Origin: an uncultured bacterium
GTDB lineage: Bacteria > Patescibacteriota > Dojkabacteria > J137
Reading direction: 5' to 3'
DNA length: 64,000 nt
Assembly (NCBI GenBank): GCA_963700155.1
Contig: OY969472.1
Location: forward strand, 1,000,690 to 1,064,689
Part shown: piece after piece, positions 19,480-29,882 of the stretch
Numbering within the stretch: the first letter of the stretch is position 1
Layout: every line of letters starts with the position of its first letter
Made by a program: the position numbers and the translations under genes
Notes under the pieces: generated by a model
What the model saw: only the letters and a program-made list of their open reading frames with translations
Databases searched by the model: none
What the model was told of the DNA's origin: nothing

Positions 19480-20825
19480 TCTAACTCATCATAAGAAGGT
19501 CTTCTTATATAGCTAATTTTACGAGTATCCGATGCAGTCTTTTTTTCTCGACTTATATTTAATAATATTCCTACTGCTATAAGAACTGTAATTGTATTGC
19601 TACCTCCGTAAGTAAAGAATGGTAAAGGCATTCCTCCAAATGGGATTACAGATAGATTTGCAGCTATATTGAGGAATGCCTGAATAGTAATCCATGAAGT
19701 CAAACCTACTGCTAAAAGTGATGAAAACTTAGTTGAAGCACTTTTAGCAATTGCTAATCCTCTTGATGTAAAGTACAGAAAAGATAAAATAACGACTATA
19801 CTTCCCACTAATCCAAACTCTTCTGCTATGACGGCAAAAATTGAATCAGTGTAAGCAGCCTCTTGTAAAAAGAACAATTTTTGCCTTGAATTATTGTATC
19901 CTACACCCATTAATCCACCAGAGCCGATAGCGATTAATCCATTCCAAACCTGGAAACTGTCTCCTCTTTTAGAAATTTCTGAAGGCTCGCCGTTTAATAA
20001 TATCTGTAAATATGCGTTAAAACGGCTCGCTCTGTAACTTTCTGTAAGCATTGCAATTATTCCAACTATAACTGAAACACAAAGGAAAAATATAGCAGTT
20101 AAAGTATGCCGTCTTTGTGTACCCGCAGCAAAATAAATTGCAAAAAAAGTTAAAGCAATTACAACTATAGTATCCAAATCTCTTTCTGCAAGAATTAAAA
20201 CTGCAATAAGTCCAAGAATAATAAAAGGGAAAAATACATAAATTAAATTTGCAATAAAATAAATGATGGTATTATCTTGAAATTTTTTAATATACTTTTC
20301 AATCTTGGATTTAGTTTCTTCTTTTAGAGAAAACCAGCTTGCTGTAAATATTATTAATGCTAATTTAATTAATTCTGCAGGTTGTAGATCAAAGATTCCA
20401 AAAAAATCAATCCATCTTGTTGCCCCATTTCTTGTATTAACCAGCGGTACTTCAATGACTTTATTAATCCCATTACTTGCTAATGGTGAAAGAGCTTCAG
20501 GTAGAAGATAGATCATTAAAATTAAACCGATAATCAAAAAAAGGTTACTATGTTTTTGAAGAGTTGAAATAGGAATCTTATATGCAATAATTCCAAGTAA
20601 TGTACCAATAAATATCCAAACAAGTTGTCTTTTAAAGTAAAAGAAAGTATCGCCATATTGTGTATAAGCTAAAATTGCACTAGCACTAAATATCATTACT
20701 AATCCAAAGCAAAGCATAAAAGCAACAACTAGAAGCAACTTATAGTCAATTTTGCTTTTATTTCTTATTTTAGATCCTCTTATCTGTTCTCTCTTTATTG
20801 TATTTTTTTTTGATCTTCCGAACAT
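19476..20825 (-). CDS. ftsW: SEDS-family peptidoglycan polymerase FtsW/RodA
   Basis: It is polytopic and has the C-terminal SEDS signature PFGGMPLPFFTYGGSNTIT. Confidence 0.85.
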   Translation of the reverse strand: MFGRSKKNTIKREQIRGSKIRNKSKIDYKLLLVVAFMLCFGLVMIFSASAILAYTQYGDTFFYFKRQLVWIFIGTLLGIIAYKIPISTLQKHSNLFLIIGLILMIYLLPEALSPLASNGINKVIEVPLVNTRNGATRWIDFFGIFDLQPAELIKLALIIFTASWFSLKEETKSKIEKYIKKFQDNTIIYFIANLIYVFFPFIILGLIAVLILAERDLDTIVVIALTFFAIYFAAGTQRRHTLTAIFFLCVSVIVGIIAMLTESYRASRFNAYLQILLNGEPSEISKRGDSFQVWNGLIAIGSGGLMGVGYNNSRQKLFFLQEAAYTDSIFAVIAEEFGLVGSIVVILSFLYFTSRGLAIAKSASTKFSSLLAVGLTSWITIQAFLNIAANLSVIPFGGMPLPFFTYGGSNTITVLIAVGILLNISREKKTASDTRKISYIRRPSYDELD

Positions 20826-20977
20826 TAGTTAATTAATTTATAAGCTATTCATTCTAAATTATTTAGTAGTTGAAATACAACAATAATAAGCTTTTTCATT
20901 TAAAAATTCAGCTTAGTCTGGTTTTTTACATTGAATATAAGATATACTAAGTCAGATTAATCTTTATAATATTTTAA

Positions 20978-21262
20978 ATGAAAAAGCTTCTGGTTCTATC
21001 AATTATTTTCTTATTTTCTCTTTTTTTCACAATGAAAATAATTGCAGCGGCAAGTAACAATACTGATAATAACGATGTCGTTTTACCTCAAAATGAATCA
21101 CAGGTGAAAGATAATCCAAGTAATCTTCAACAAATAAGTTCTCCGGAATTTTATTCAGAAGATAACTCACAAAGTTTTATTAAAGGAGTTGCTGTAGGAT
21201 TTATTGTTGGTATTATAATAGGCGGAGTTGTTGTATTCTTTTATAAGAAAAAACTAAGCTAA
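20978..21262 (+). CDS. Small bitopic protein (signal peptide plus C-terminal TM)
   Basis: ORF with hydrophobic ends. Confidence 0.35.
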   Translation: MKKLLVLSIIFLFSLFFTMKIIAAASNNTDNNDVVLPQNESQVKDNPSNLQQISSPEFYSEDNSQSFIKGVAVGFIVGIIIGGVVVFFYKKKLS

Positions 21263-21285
21263 AAATTATTTATTAATTCTCTAAA

Positions 21286-21588
21286 ATGTTTATTGCGATT
21301 TTTTTAAGTATTTTAAAGTCGTATATTATTCCTATAGTAATTTTCTTCCTATTTAAAGATATTTCAATTGCAGGTAATCCTATTGGTGAAAATTATGTGT
21401 TTCTTGGTGTGACAGTTGCACTAACTTTATCTTCAGTGTTCTCTGTTATATTTAAATTAATTAGAGTACTACCAAATGTTCTACTTTTAAGAGGTCGAGA
21501 AACTTTACATTTAATTTTAAGGATTTTTATTGAAGTTTCTAGTATAATTGCCTTCTGGTTATATTATTTAACATATTACGCGAAATGA
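21286..21588 (+). CDS. Small membrane protein
   Basis: ORF with 3 hydrophobic segments. Confidence 0.35.
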   Translation: MFIAIFLSILKSYIIPIVIFFLFKDISIAGNPIGENYVFLGVTVALTLSSVFSVIFKLIRVLPNVLLLRGRETLHLILRIFIEVSSIIAFWLYYLTYYAK

Positions 21589-22625
21589 AAACATTATATA
21601 TAAAAGATTTACAAAAGAACCAAGTTATTTCTAATGAGGTTTTTCTTATTTTTGAATGCACAAAGAGTGAAGATAAGAATGGGAAGCCTTATTGTAGTTT
21701 AATTATTGGTGATAAGACTGGGAAAATACCTGCAAAAATTTGGGGGGATAAATTAGTTTCTATTGACCCAAAACTTCTTAAAGGCGAAATTTTAGTTTCA
21801 ATTTCTGGTAAAGTTGAAGAATTCAAAGGTAATCTTCAAATGAATATTTATGATATGACAGCTGTAGATGAGACTAAATTAGATGATTATTTACAATCAA
21901 GTGAGTTTGACCCAGATGAAATGATGGATAACTTACTTACAACAATAAATGAAATTAAAACTGAGAGTATAAAAGAAATATTAAAGAAGATTATTACTGA
22001 TGAAGAAATAAATAAGAGATTAAAATATTGGCCTGCTGCAGCATCAGTTCATCATGATTTTAGATCAGGGCTACTTCAACATATTTCTGAAATGATAGAA
22101 ATCGCAAAGAGTATGAAGAAATTTTACCCAAGAGTTAATTATGATATTTTAACTGCTGGAATAGTTTTACATGACATTGGAAAACTTTATGAACTTGACG
22201 GGGGTAAAATTTCTGTTACATATAGCAAAGAAGGGATGTTGGTTGGTCATATTGTAAAAGGAGTACTTTTGTTTGAAAGCTTTGGTGGAAAAGAATTACC
22301 TGAAGATATTTATCTTCATATTGTACACTTAATTCTTTCTCATCATGGTACAAGAGAATATGGAAGTCCTGTTGTGCCATCTACTGTCGAAGCAATAATG
22401 TTAACTTATATTGATAATTTATCGGCTAAATCTAGAACTGCTATGAAAGCAAGAGAAAATATTATCGAAGGTGATGATTTTGGAGGTTATAATAATTTTC
22501 TTGAAGGAGCGAAATTATGGAGGGGTGGAGATTTAGTATCTAGTGATGAAGAAGATAGTCAAAAGACTGATGATTCTAATAATCCTGATATTCCTGAAGA
22601 TGATTTAAGTCAATTAACCTTCTAA
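21585..22625 (+). CDS. yhaM: OB-fold plus HD-domain phosphohydrolase (YhaM-like 3'-5' exoribonuclease)
   Basis: It has an N-terminal OB-like region and HD motifs (HHDFRSGLLQH, LHDIGK, LSHHG), matching the YhaM/Cbf1 architecture. Confidence 0.65.
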   Translation: MKTLYIKDLQKNQVISNEVFLIFECTKSEDKNGKPYCSLIIGDKTGKIPAKIWGDKLVSIDPKLLKGEILVSISGKVEEFKGNLQMNIYDMTAVDETKLDDYLQSSEFDPDEMMDNLLTTINEIKTESIKEILKKIITDEEINKRLKYWPAAASVHHDFRSGLLQHISEMIEIAKSMKKFYPRVNYDILTAGIVLHDIGKLYELDGGKISVTYSKEGMLVGHIVKGVLLFESFGGKELPEDIYLHIVHLILSHHGTREYGSPVVPSTVEAIMLTYIDNLSAKSRTAMKARENIIEGDDFGGYNNFLEGAKLWRGGDLVSSDEEDSQKTDDSNNPDIPEDDLSQLTF

Positions 22626-22628
22626 ATT

Positions 22629-23276
22629 ATGCAGAAACGAAGACTTCCTGATGATAGGTTCAAAAAGAAAAGAAGAATGCCAAAGAAAAATACATCTAGA
22701 TTGTTTTTAGGTATATTCCCTCCAGAAGAATATATCTCTTATTTTAGAGATGTTCTAAGAGAGTTAGATAATGTTAAAAGAAATATTAAGACAACTCCTG
22801 TGGATCAATTACATTTGACTGTGAAATTTATTGGATCTGAGGTAAGTTTTGCAAGTAAAGATATCATTGCCGAAGAATTGAGTAAATATTCAGGAAATTT
22901 TATAAAACCAGAAATTAAAATTACTGGAATCCAATTTGGATTTCCTTATCAGCAAGATCCACAACATGTACTAGCAATGATTGAAGAAACTAAAGATTTG
23001 AAAGATTTGTATAACGAGATTCATAATTTAATTAAGAGTTTAGAGCTTGAAGATACAATTAGATGGAAAGGAAAGAATACTGATAACTTTCATATAACTT
23101 TAGCACGTGTGAAGCCAAAAAAGGCAAGAAGTATTGCTAGAGAGATTGGAGAATATGTAAAAAAGGTGAATATTGAACCCCCAGAGCCTTTTTTGGCTGA
23201 ATATCTTGACTTGGTTGAGAGTACAATAACTTCTGATGGTCCTGTTTATAGAAAAGTCGGAAGAATAAAACTTTAA
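22629..23276 (+). CDS. thpR: 2H phosphoesterase / RNA 2',3'-cyclic phosphodiesterase (ThpR/LigT-like)
   Basis: Two H-x-T/S-x motifs are present (LHLTVKFIG and FHITLARV). Confidence 0.65.
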   Translation: MQKRRLPDDRFKKKRRMPKKNTSRLFLGIFPPEEYISYFRDVLRELDNVKRNIKTTPVDQLHLTVKFIGSEVSFASKDIIAEELSKYSGNFIKPEIKITGIQFGFPYQQDPQHVLAMIEETKDLKDLYNEIHNLIKSLELEDTIRWKGKNTDNFHITLARVKPKKARSIAREIGEYVKKVNIEPPEPFLAEYLDLVESTITSDGPVYRKVGRIKL

Positions 23277-23588
23277 CTATTCTTCTTTATTTACAATTTT
23301 AGATGTTTTGATATATCGATTTTTATAGCGTCCTTTTGTAGCATTTAACTCTACTTTCTTAATTGAAAGTGAAGGCATTACTTTGTCTTCTTGAAGTACA
23401 TCACCTTTAAAATCGTCCATATTATGCTCAAATTCAATATCTGAAGTATCGCATTCTTGGATTTGGGAAACATAGTCAAGAATGTTGTTAAATTCGTTTT
23501 CGAATTTAACAACTTCTTCTTCACTTAGTTCAAGTTTAGCTAAGTGAGCAATATGTTTTATTTGTTCTTTAGTGACTTTATTAGCCAT
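23277..23588 (-). CDS. gatC: Glu/Asp-tRNA amidotransferase subunit C
   Basis: Its size of about 100 aa and the GatC-like N-terminus (KEQIKHIAHLAKLELSEEEVVKFENEFNNILDYV) fit GatC. Confidence 0.65.
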   Translation of the reverse strand: MANKVTKEQIKHIAHLAKLELSEEEVVKFENEFNNILDYVSQIQECDTSDIEFEHNMDDFKGDVLQEDKVMPSLSIKKVELNATKGRYKNRYIKTSKIVNKEE

Positions 23589-23609
23589 AATAGATTTTAC
23601 AACAAATTT

Positions 23610-24980
23610 TTAATCTAAAGTTATTTCTTCCTGTAAACTTGGAATGTAACTTTGATTAATATTCATATCTTTCTCAAAATGATTTTTCAGAGCTGTTGAT
23701 CTATCAATCTCAGCATGTACTAAGAAAATTTTCTTTAGTTTTGGATTTAAGAATGATTGAATCCATGCACTATAATCATTGGTATCTCCGTGAGCTGAGA
23801 AACCTTTAAACTGTAAAATTTTTGCTTTTACATTAATAGTAGTTTTTCCAATTGTTACAGTTCTTGTACCTTCTGTAAGTTCTTTACCTAAAGTTCCTTC
23901 TGCTTGGAATCCAACAAAAGTTACAATATTTTTTGGATCTCTCAAACCATGTGCTAAATGATCCTGAATTCTTCCGCCATCAGCCATTCCACTACCTGCA
24001 ATTATTACAGTACTCTTATCTTTTGCTAGATTTCTTGATTGATGATAATTTCTTGTATATCTAAGATTCTCAAAATCAAATAATCCTTGCCTTGTGGTCT
24101 GTAATGATTGTGTATAAATTGTTGTAACTCTTTGTGCTAATGGACTGTCTAACCAAACTGGTACTTGTTTATCGAATTTTCCAGTATCTTTAGCAAATTT
24201 CATATCGTTTAAAATTTCCTGAGTTCTTTGCACAGCAAAACATGGAATAAATACATTTCCACCAGTTCTTGTTGTATCTTGTATAACTTGTATTAAGTCT
24301 CTTGCAGAATCATCTCTGTCTGGATGAATTTCTCCTCCATATAATGATTCCATTACTACGTAATCAGCATCAGCATGATAATTTTTATCAAAAATTGGAA
24401 GAATATGACTTTTTAGTCTTCCGATATCTCCAGAGAAAATCATTTTTTTTGAAGAATCACCATCTTTGATATCGACTTCAATGCTTGCTGAACCTAGAAT
24501 ATGTCCTGCTTCAATAAACTTAACTTTTATTCCAGAAATTGGTTCAAATTCTTCGTTTAAATTTATTGTTTTAAATTTAGCAATTGTTTCTGCGGCATCT
24601 TTAGTGTTGTACACTAAAGCTTTCATATTTGTGTATTTCCCATAAAATTCACCTCTTGCAAATGCATTTTCTTGCAATTTTGCAGAATCAAGCAAAAGCT
24701 CCGTTGAGATTTGAATTGTATGTAGTGTTGAAAATATTGGTCCATTAAAACCTGCTTTGACTAATTTAGGAAGCATTCCTGAGTGGTCAATGTGAGCATG
24801 TGTTAAAAGAACAAACTTAACTTCACTTGCATCATAAGTAAAATCTTCAAGATTAAGATGTTCTACATCCGGTCCTTGAAACATACCGCAGTCGACGACA
24901 AAATTGCCCTGATCTGTTTTTACTAAATAATTTGAGCCTGTAACTGTTTTGGCAGCCCCTCCAAATTTTATTGAAACCAT
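23610..24980 (-). CDS. Beta-CASP family metallo-beta-lactamase fold ribonuclease (RNase J/CPSF-like)
   Basis: The MBL motif LLTHAHIDHSG is present, with downstream D/H motifs and a size consistent with beta-CASP RNases. Confidence 0.7.
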   Translation of the reverse strand: MVSIKFGGAAKTVTGSNYLVKTDQGNFVVDCGMFQGPDVEHLNLEDFTYDASEVKFVLLTHAHIDHSGMLPKLVKAGFNGPIFSTLHTIQISTELLLDSAKLQENAFARGEFYGKYTNMKALVYNTKDAAETIAKFKTINLNEEFEPISGIKVKFIEAGHILGSASIEVDIKDGDSSKKMIFSGDIGRLKSHILPIFDKNYHADADYVVMESLYGGEIHPDRDDSARDLIQVIQDTTRTGGNVFIPCFAVQRTQEILNDMKFAKDTGKFDKQVPVWLDSPLAQRVTTIYTQSLQTTRQGLFDFENLRYTRNYHQSRNLAKDKSTVIIAGSGMADGGRIQDHLAHGLRDPKNIVTFVGFQAEGTLGKELTEGTRTVTIGKTTINVKAKILQFKGFSAHGDTNDYSAWIQSFLNPKLKKIFLVHAEIDRSTALKNHFEKDMNINQSYIPSLQEEITLD

Positions 24981-25153
24981 TTTTCAATAAATAAAAAATA
25001 TAATATGCACCTATAGACTTTAGCTCAAGAACTAAGTCTAGAAACATTAGATTAAATTCAAATAAATTAAATGCAATCTAATGTCTAGTTCTAAGTTCAC
25101 TAAAGTCTTAAAAATAACTAGTAATGATAGCAGAAAATGGCTTATAATTCAGT

Positions 25154-25501
25154 ATGTTGGTAAAAGAGATGAGGTTAGACCCTAAAAAAATACCTTTCAT
25201 TGCAAAAAAAGGAAAGAAAATTGAAAATGATTATTTCATCACAAGAGTGTGGTTTGATGACAGATTGCTTAATCCTTTTTTTGCAATTTCTATCTCAACT
25301 AAAATAGATAAACGTGCTGTACTCCGCAATAGAATAAAGCGAAGGTTTAGAGCAGTTATAAATGAAATAGTTGCAGAAAATGAAGTAATAAAAGCTAATT
25401 TTCTTTTTATTATTAAAAATAAAGAGTTAAAAAATATTGATTTTAATAAATTTAAAGACTTAGTAGCTGAGGTAATAGTAGAAAATAAGACAGAAAATTA
25501 A
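25154..25501 (+). CDS. rnpA: RNase P protein component
   Basis: The size (115 aa), basic character and the RNR motif region VLRNRIKRRFR fit RnpA. Confidence 0.7.
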   Translation: MLVKEMRLDPKKIPFIAKKGKKIENDYFITRVWFDDRLLNPFFAISISTKIDKRAVLRNRIKRRFRAVINEIVAENEVIKANFLFIIKNKELKNIDFNKFKDLVAEVIVENKTEN

Positions 25502-25513
25502 TAGCGTGAATTT

Positions 25514-26458
25514 TTACAAATTGTAAAAATTCACTAAATCTTCTTCTTTAATTTCTCCAAAGTAATGATCATATTTTTTTATATCTTCCAATTTTAGTTT
25601 TCCTATAAAAAGTTTAAGTAAATCTTCTTTATTTAGTTCTCTAATTTTTTGTTCATTATAAAAATACATAGAAGGTTTCATGATATCTCCAGGTGTTGAT
25701 GTGTCAATAAACCCAATCTTATGCCTAACACTTTTTATCCAAGCTGCATCATTTGAATAACCTTTACTTTTAAAAAATTCAAAAAGTTCTCTAAAACTTG
25801 AAGACAAGCTAACTTTTGTTGCTAAATATTCTGCAGCATGTTGATAAAATGCTCCACCTTTGTCATTACTATGAAAATCACCCATGAATGAGGCAAGTCC
25901 TTCTTCAGTGGGTAAAAAATAATTTGATCTTTTAACATTATTATATTTCCAGTTTACTCGTCTAATAATGTGAGTTACTTCGTGTTTAACTGAAGAATCT
26001 AGAGTTTCAAACTGAGGTTTGTAATACTTTGAAATTATTAATTTATTAGTGAAATGATTAGGACGCATACTAAATCCATGTCTGTCTTTAATTTCTGTAA
26101 TATAATTTATGTGTAATTCTTCGAAAGCTTTTTGAAATGCTTTAATAATATCTTCTGAAGTAATATTTTCAGTTTTGATAGGGTTATTTAGAAGGGCTTC
26201 TTTCGCTATATTAACGTTTTCATCAGTGATATCAGTTCGAAAGAAGCCCTTTGCATTTTCTACAATTGCTGCAATGTCTTGATTAATAATAGATTCGACT
26301 AAGCTTTTTTTACTTGGATGTTTTTGGTAATATTCTTTGAAATTAATTTGATCCCACCGATATTTGAAGATTGGATTGTAATTTGATAAAGAAAAGAACT
26401 TTCTTTTTTCTTCAGGGATATTAGTTGGTGTGATAATTAATAATAAACTTGTCTTCAA
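25514..26458 (-). CDS. Putative zinc metallopeptidase, DUF1704/QEGLA-motif-like
   Basis: HEVTH (HExxH) plus a downstream EEGLASFMG motif resembles the QEGLA family. Confidence 0.4.
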   Translation of the reverse strand: MKTSLLLIITPTNIPEEKRKFFSLSNYNPIFKYRWDQINFKEYYQKHPSKKSLVESIINQDIAAIVENAKGFFRTDITDENVNIAKEALLNNPIKTENITSEDIIKAFQKAFEELHINYITEIKDRHGFSMRPNHFTNKLIISKYYKPQFETLDSSVKHEVTHIIRRVNWKYNNVKRSNYFLPTEEGLASFMGDFHSNDKGGAFYQHAAEYLATKVSLSSSFRELFEFFKSKGYSNDAAWIKSVRHKIGFIDTSTPGDIMKPSMYFYNEQKIRELNKEDLLKLFIGKLKLEDIKKYDHYFGEIKEEDLVNFYNL

Positions 26459-26517
26459 ATTTTTATTTTTTATAGTTATAATCCACAGCTTATAATAACA
26501 TTTTTATTTATTCTAAT

Positions 26518-27042
26518 ATGAATGGAAATCTTGATAATCATGATCAATTTGAGAATAGTGCATTTTATTTCAATTATTTTGGAGTGGTAGATGATGTTAA
26601 TTTAAGGAGGTTTCTCAAAGAATTAAGAGATATCCATGATTTGATTGTAAAGCAGTTAGGATATGAAGTTAGAATATTTAATATTGAAGACTTTAAAAGT
26701 GTTGGTTGTGTGAGATTAGATGAAGATTTTGATAAAGATAATTCAAATTATCTATCAAAGAAATTAATTTTTGGAGATAATACAGCTATTATAGTTGGTA
26801 TACCTAGTTATAAAAGTTCTTCACAAATAATTTTCTATTTTGATCCTAATAAGAAAAATTTAGAATCAGTTCAAGAATTTATTTTAGAATTAATTAGAAG
26901 CAAATTGATGAGTTTTTTGAAATACAGTGAACATTTTGACTATTTGTTTTCTCAAAAAGTTTGCGAACTAATAAACGAAATTGAATTAATCGAAAATAGA
27001 AGAATTTTAGGTTTGAATAATACTTTACAATCTCTAAATTAA
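26518..27042 (+). CDS. Hypothetical protein
   Basis: ORF only. Confidence 0.3.
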   Translation: MNGNLDNHDQFENSAFYFNYFGVVDDVNLRRFLKELRDIHDLIVKQLGYEVRIFNIEDFKSVGCVRLDEDFDKDNSNYLSKKLIFGDNTAIIVGIPSYKSSSQIIFYFDPNKKNLESVQEFILELIRSKLMSFLKYSEHFDYLFSQKVCELINEIELIENRRILGLNNTLQSLN

Positions 27043-28067
27043 TTATTTGGCTTATAAGCTAAATTTCCGTCAAGGAGTGTTCTAATATCATTTATATTAT
27101 GTTTTGCCATAGCCCATCTATCTAGTCCAAGTCCAAAAGCATATCCTTGCCATTTCTGTGGATCTAACCCGGCGGCTTTAAATACATTTGGATGTATTAT
27201 TCCAGCTCCTCCCATTTCTATCCAACCTATCCCTTTACAGACTCCACATCTTTCATCATGATAAACACCAGTTCCATGACAGTTAAAGCATTGCATATCA
27301 GGTCCAACTCCTGGTTCAACTTCTGGATAATATTTGTTTCTAAATCTTGTTACAACATCTTCTCCTAAGAATGTTTTGAATAGATAATTAATTGTTGCAA
27401 ATAAATCAGCTAAACTTACTTTTTCTTGAACACATACCAATTGGTATTGATGGAAAGTAAAATGGTTGCTTTTGTTTACTTTTTCATTTCGATAAACTCT
27501 TCCTGGTACTACTATTTTGAAAGGCGGTTTGTATGTTTCAAGAGCTCGTGCTTCAATTGAAGAAGTCTGAGTTCTTAATAATAAATTGGGTTCTTCAATG
27601 TATATGCTGTCTTGTAAGTCTCTGGCGGGATGATCCATTGGAACATTCATTCTTTGGAAGCAATATTCATCTGTTTCGATCTCTGGCCCATCCATTATAC
27701 TGTATCCGATTTTTTTGAAAATTTCATTTAAAGTATTTGTTGTTTCAGTTAGAGGATGCAAATGTCCTACTTTTGCCTTTAAATAATCTAGTTCTGATTG
27801 CTGTGTATCTAAGTATTCTGAGCTTCTGCCTGAGACTAAATTGCTTTTCGCAGAATTAATTATATTATCAACCTCATTTTTTAATTCGTTTAACTTTACT
27901 CCGAAATCTTTTCTTTCTTCAGGTGCAACTTCACCTATCTTTTTGAAAGCTAAAGTTATTTCGCCTTCTCTACCAAGGTATTTCCTCCAGAGGTTAGTAA
28001 GTTCATCTTCTGATGATGCTGATGAGATTTCATTCTCTAAATTTTGTTTAATGCTGTCTAAATCCAT
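27039..28067 (-). CDS. pheS: Phenylalanyl-tRNA synthetase alpha subunit with CxxCxGxG x2 insertion
   Basis: The class II core is present (FQRMNVPMDHPARD, FPF-equivalent, GGAGIIHPNVF, GYAFGLGLDRWAM). A 22-aa insert, CFNCHGTGVYHDERCGVCKGIG, lies before the GxGxxHP motif. Confidence 0.9.
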   Translation of the reverse strand: MDLDSIKQNLENEISSASSEDELTNLWRKYLGREGEITLAFKKIGEVAPEERKDFGVKLNELKNEVDNIINSAKSNLVSGRSSEYLDTQQSELDYLKAKVGHLHPLTETTNTLNEIFKKIGYSIMDGPEIETDEYCFQRMNVPMDHPARDLQDSIYIEEPNLLLRTQTSSIEARALETYKPPFKIVVPGRVYRNEKVNKSNHFTFHQYQLVCVQEKVSLADLFATINYLFKTFLGEDVVTRFRNKYYPEVEPGVGPDMQCFNCHGTGVYHDERCGVCKGIGWIEMGGAGIIHPNVFKAAGLDPQKWQGYAFGLGLDRWAMAKHNINDIRTLLDGNLAYKPNN

Positions 28068-28099
28068 AAATTTAATTTTAACAAAGAATGATTTATTAA

Positions 28100-28648
28100 T
28101 TAAGCTGTAATTTCTTCCACAATTTCTCTGAATACATTTTTTAAAGTATTAAGTTCTTCACCTGAAAATCTACCAAGAACATAATCAGCTCCTGATATAT
28201 TTTTTCTTAATTCAGGGTCTCTATTGTCTACTCCAATTCTTATCCTCCAGAAATCTCCACTACCTAAATATTTCTCAACTGACTCAATACCATTATGTAC
28301 TTTAGGTTTTTTATCAAATTGGATTTTATATTCACCAAGTTTTAAATCTAGATCATCGTGAATAACTAAGATCTCTTCATTATTGAATTTATAAAAATTT
28401 TTTACTAATGAAACTGCTTCACCAGAATCATTCATCATTGTTGTTGGTTTTATTACAATAATTTTATGATCATTAGATGATGTCTCTGACATCAAAGATT
28501 TAACTTTTTTGACATTGATAAATACATTTTGAACAATTGCATCTAAAAACAAAAAGCCTGCATTGTGTCGTGAATATAAATATTCTTCACCTACATTTCC
28601 AAGTCCTACAATAAGTTTTATTTTTGTTATATCAAATTTATTTGTCAT
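28100..28648 (-). CDS. pth: Peptidyl-tRNA hydrolase
   Basis: The N-terminus IKLIVGLGNVGEEYLYSRHNAGF is typical of Pth. Confidence 0.9.
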   Translation of the reverse strand: MTNKFDITKIKLIVGLGNVGEEYLYSRHNAGFLFLDAIVQNVFINVKKVKSLMSETSSNDHKIIVIKPTTMMNDSGEAVSLVKNFYKFNNEEILVIHDDLDLKLGEYKIQFDKKPKVHNGIESVEKYLGSGDFWRIRIGVDNRDPELRKNISGADYVLGRFSGEELNTLKNVFREIVEEITA

Positions 28649-28963
28649 TTAAGGTTCATCTAAATATTGAGATTCCATTTCTTTATCTAATTTATTTTTA
28701 GCACTATATAATACTCCTTTAATGTCTGCTAGATGTAAATTAAATTGATCTTGGATCCAGAATAAATAGGAGATAGCATCCGCTGCTACTTCTTGATTTT
28801 TAAAGCCTTTATATCTGTAAGCAATTAATATCGCATAAGCTAGATTTATACTTTCTTTAACTTCTATTGGCATTTCTGGTGGTAGTTCAATATTATTTTT
28901 TGAAATAATAATTCTATCTTCTTCAGTTATATTTGGAGAAAACACAATATTATCTTTATTCAT
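28649..28963 (-). CDS. Hypothetical small protein
   Basis: ORF only. It is tightly packed between pth and folD. Confidence 0.3.
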   Translation of the reverse strand: MNKDNIVFSPNITEEDRIIISKNNIELPPEMPIEVKESINLAYAILIAYRYKGFKNQEVAADAISYLFWIQDQFNLHLADIKGVLYSAKNKLDKEMESQYLDEP

Positions 28964-28967
28964 TTTT

Positions 28968-29810
28968 TTATTTTAAATTAACTAAATTTCTTAATAAACA
29001 AGCTATTGTTAATGGACCTACTCCGCCTGGAACTGGTGTTAAAAATGCTGCTTTTTCATCAAGTTCAGTAGATCTTACTACATCACCAATAACTTTATCA
29101 TTTACTCTTTTGCTTGTAACATCAATTAAAGTTACTCCTCCTTTTATCATCTTGTGGTCAATTAAGTTAGTTTTTCCTGTTGCAGAGATTATGATATCGG
29201 CGTTTTGCGTTAGGTTGCTTAAATCTTTAGTGAACTCATTTGCGATAGTAACTGTGGCATTAAACTTTTCAAGCAAAACGCCGAGAGGTTTACCTATCAA
29301 ATTAGAATTATTAATTATTAATACATTTTTATCTTGAAGTTCAAATAAATTATTACTCAATGAGAATCTTAAACATTCTAGAATAGCATCCACCGTTGCA
29401 GGTAAAATATCATTATTCTGATATATAAAAATTTTACCAAGAGTAGTTATTGTTAATCCATCTACATCCTTGCTTTGATTTATCGTATTTAATATTAAAT
29501 CTCTATCTTTTTCTAAATGCTGAAATAAAGGTAATTGGACCATAATTCCTGTGAAATTAGTATCTTGATTTAACTCTTTTATTTTTTCAATAATTTGATC
29601 AGCAGAAGAATTTTGCTCAAATTGAATAATCTCAGAAGTAATCCCTAATTCTTCTGCTTTTTTAGTTTTCATATGATCATACATTAAACTAGACTCATCA
29701 TCGGAAGCTAATATGATAGCTAATTTTGGTTTTATAGAGTTTTCAGAAAGCTTCTGAGTAATTTCAGAATAGATATTTTGTGATAGAGTTTTACCGTCAA
29801 TTATTTGCAT
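28968..29810 (-). CDS. folD: Bifunctional methylene-THF dehydrogenase/cyclohydrolase
   Basis: It has the FolD N-terminus (IIDGK...LAIILASDDESSLMY), the NAD(P)-binding G-x-G region LIGKPLGVLL, and PGGVGPLT. Confidence 0.9.
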   Translation of the reverse strand: MQIIDGKTLSQNIYSEITQKLSENSIKPKLAIILASDDESSLMYDHMKTKKAEELGITSEIIQFEQNSSADQIIEKIKELNQDTNFTGIMVQLPLFQHLEKDRDLILNTINQSKDVDGLTITTLGKIFIYQNNDILPATVDAILECLRFSLSNNLFELQDKNVLIINNSNLIGKPLGVLLEKFNATVTIANEFTKDLSNLTQNADIIISATGKTNLIDHKMIKGGVTLIDVTSKRVNDKVIGDVVRSTELDEKAAFLTPVPGGVGPLTIACLLRNLVNLK

Positions 29811-29882
29811 GCTTAGATTATAGCAGTGTAATCTATAAGAATCGATATTTTGAATTAAGAAATAAATGATAAAATCAATTTA

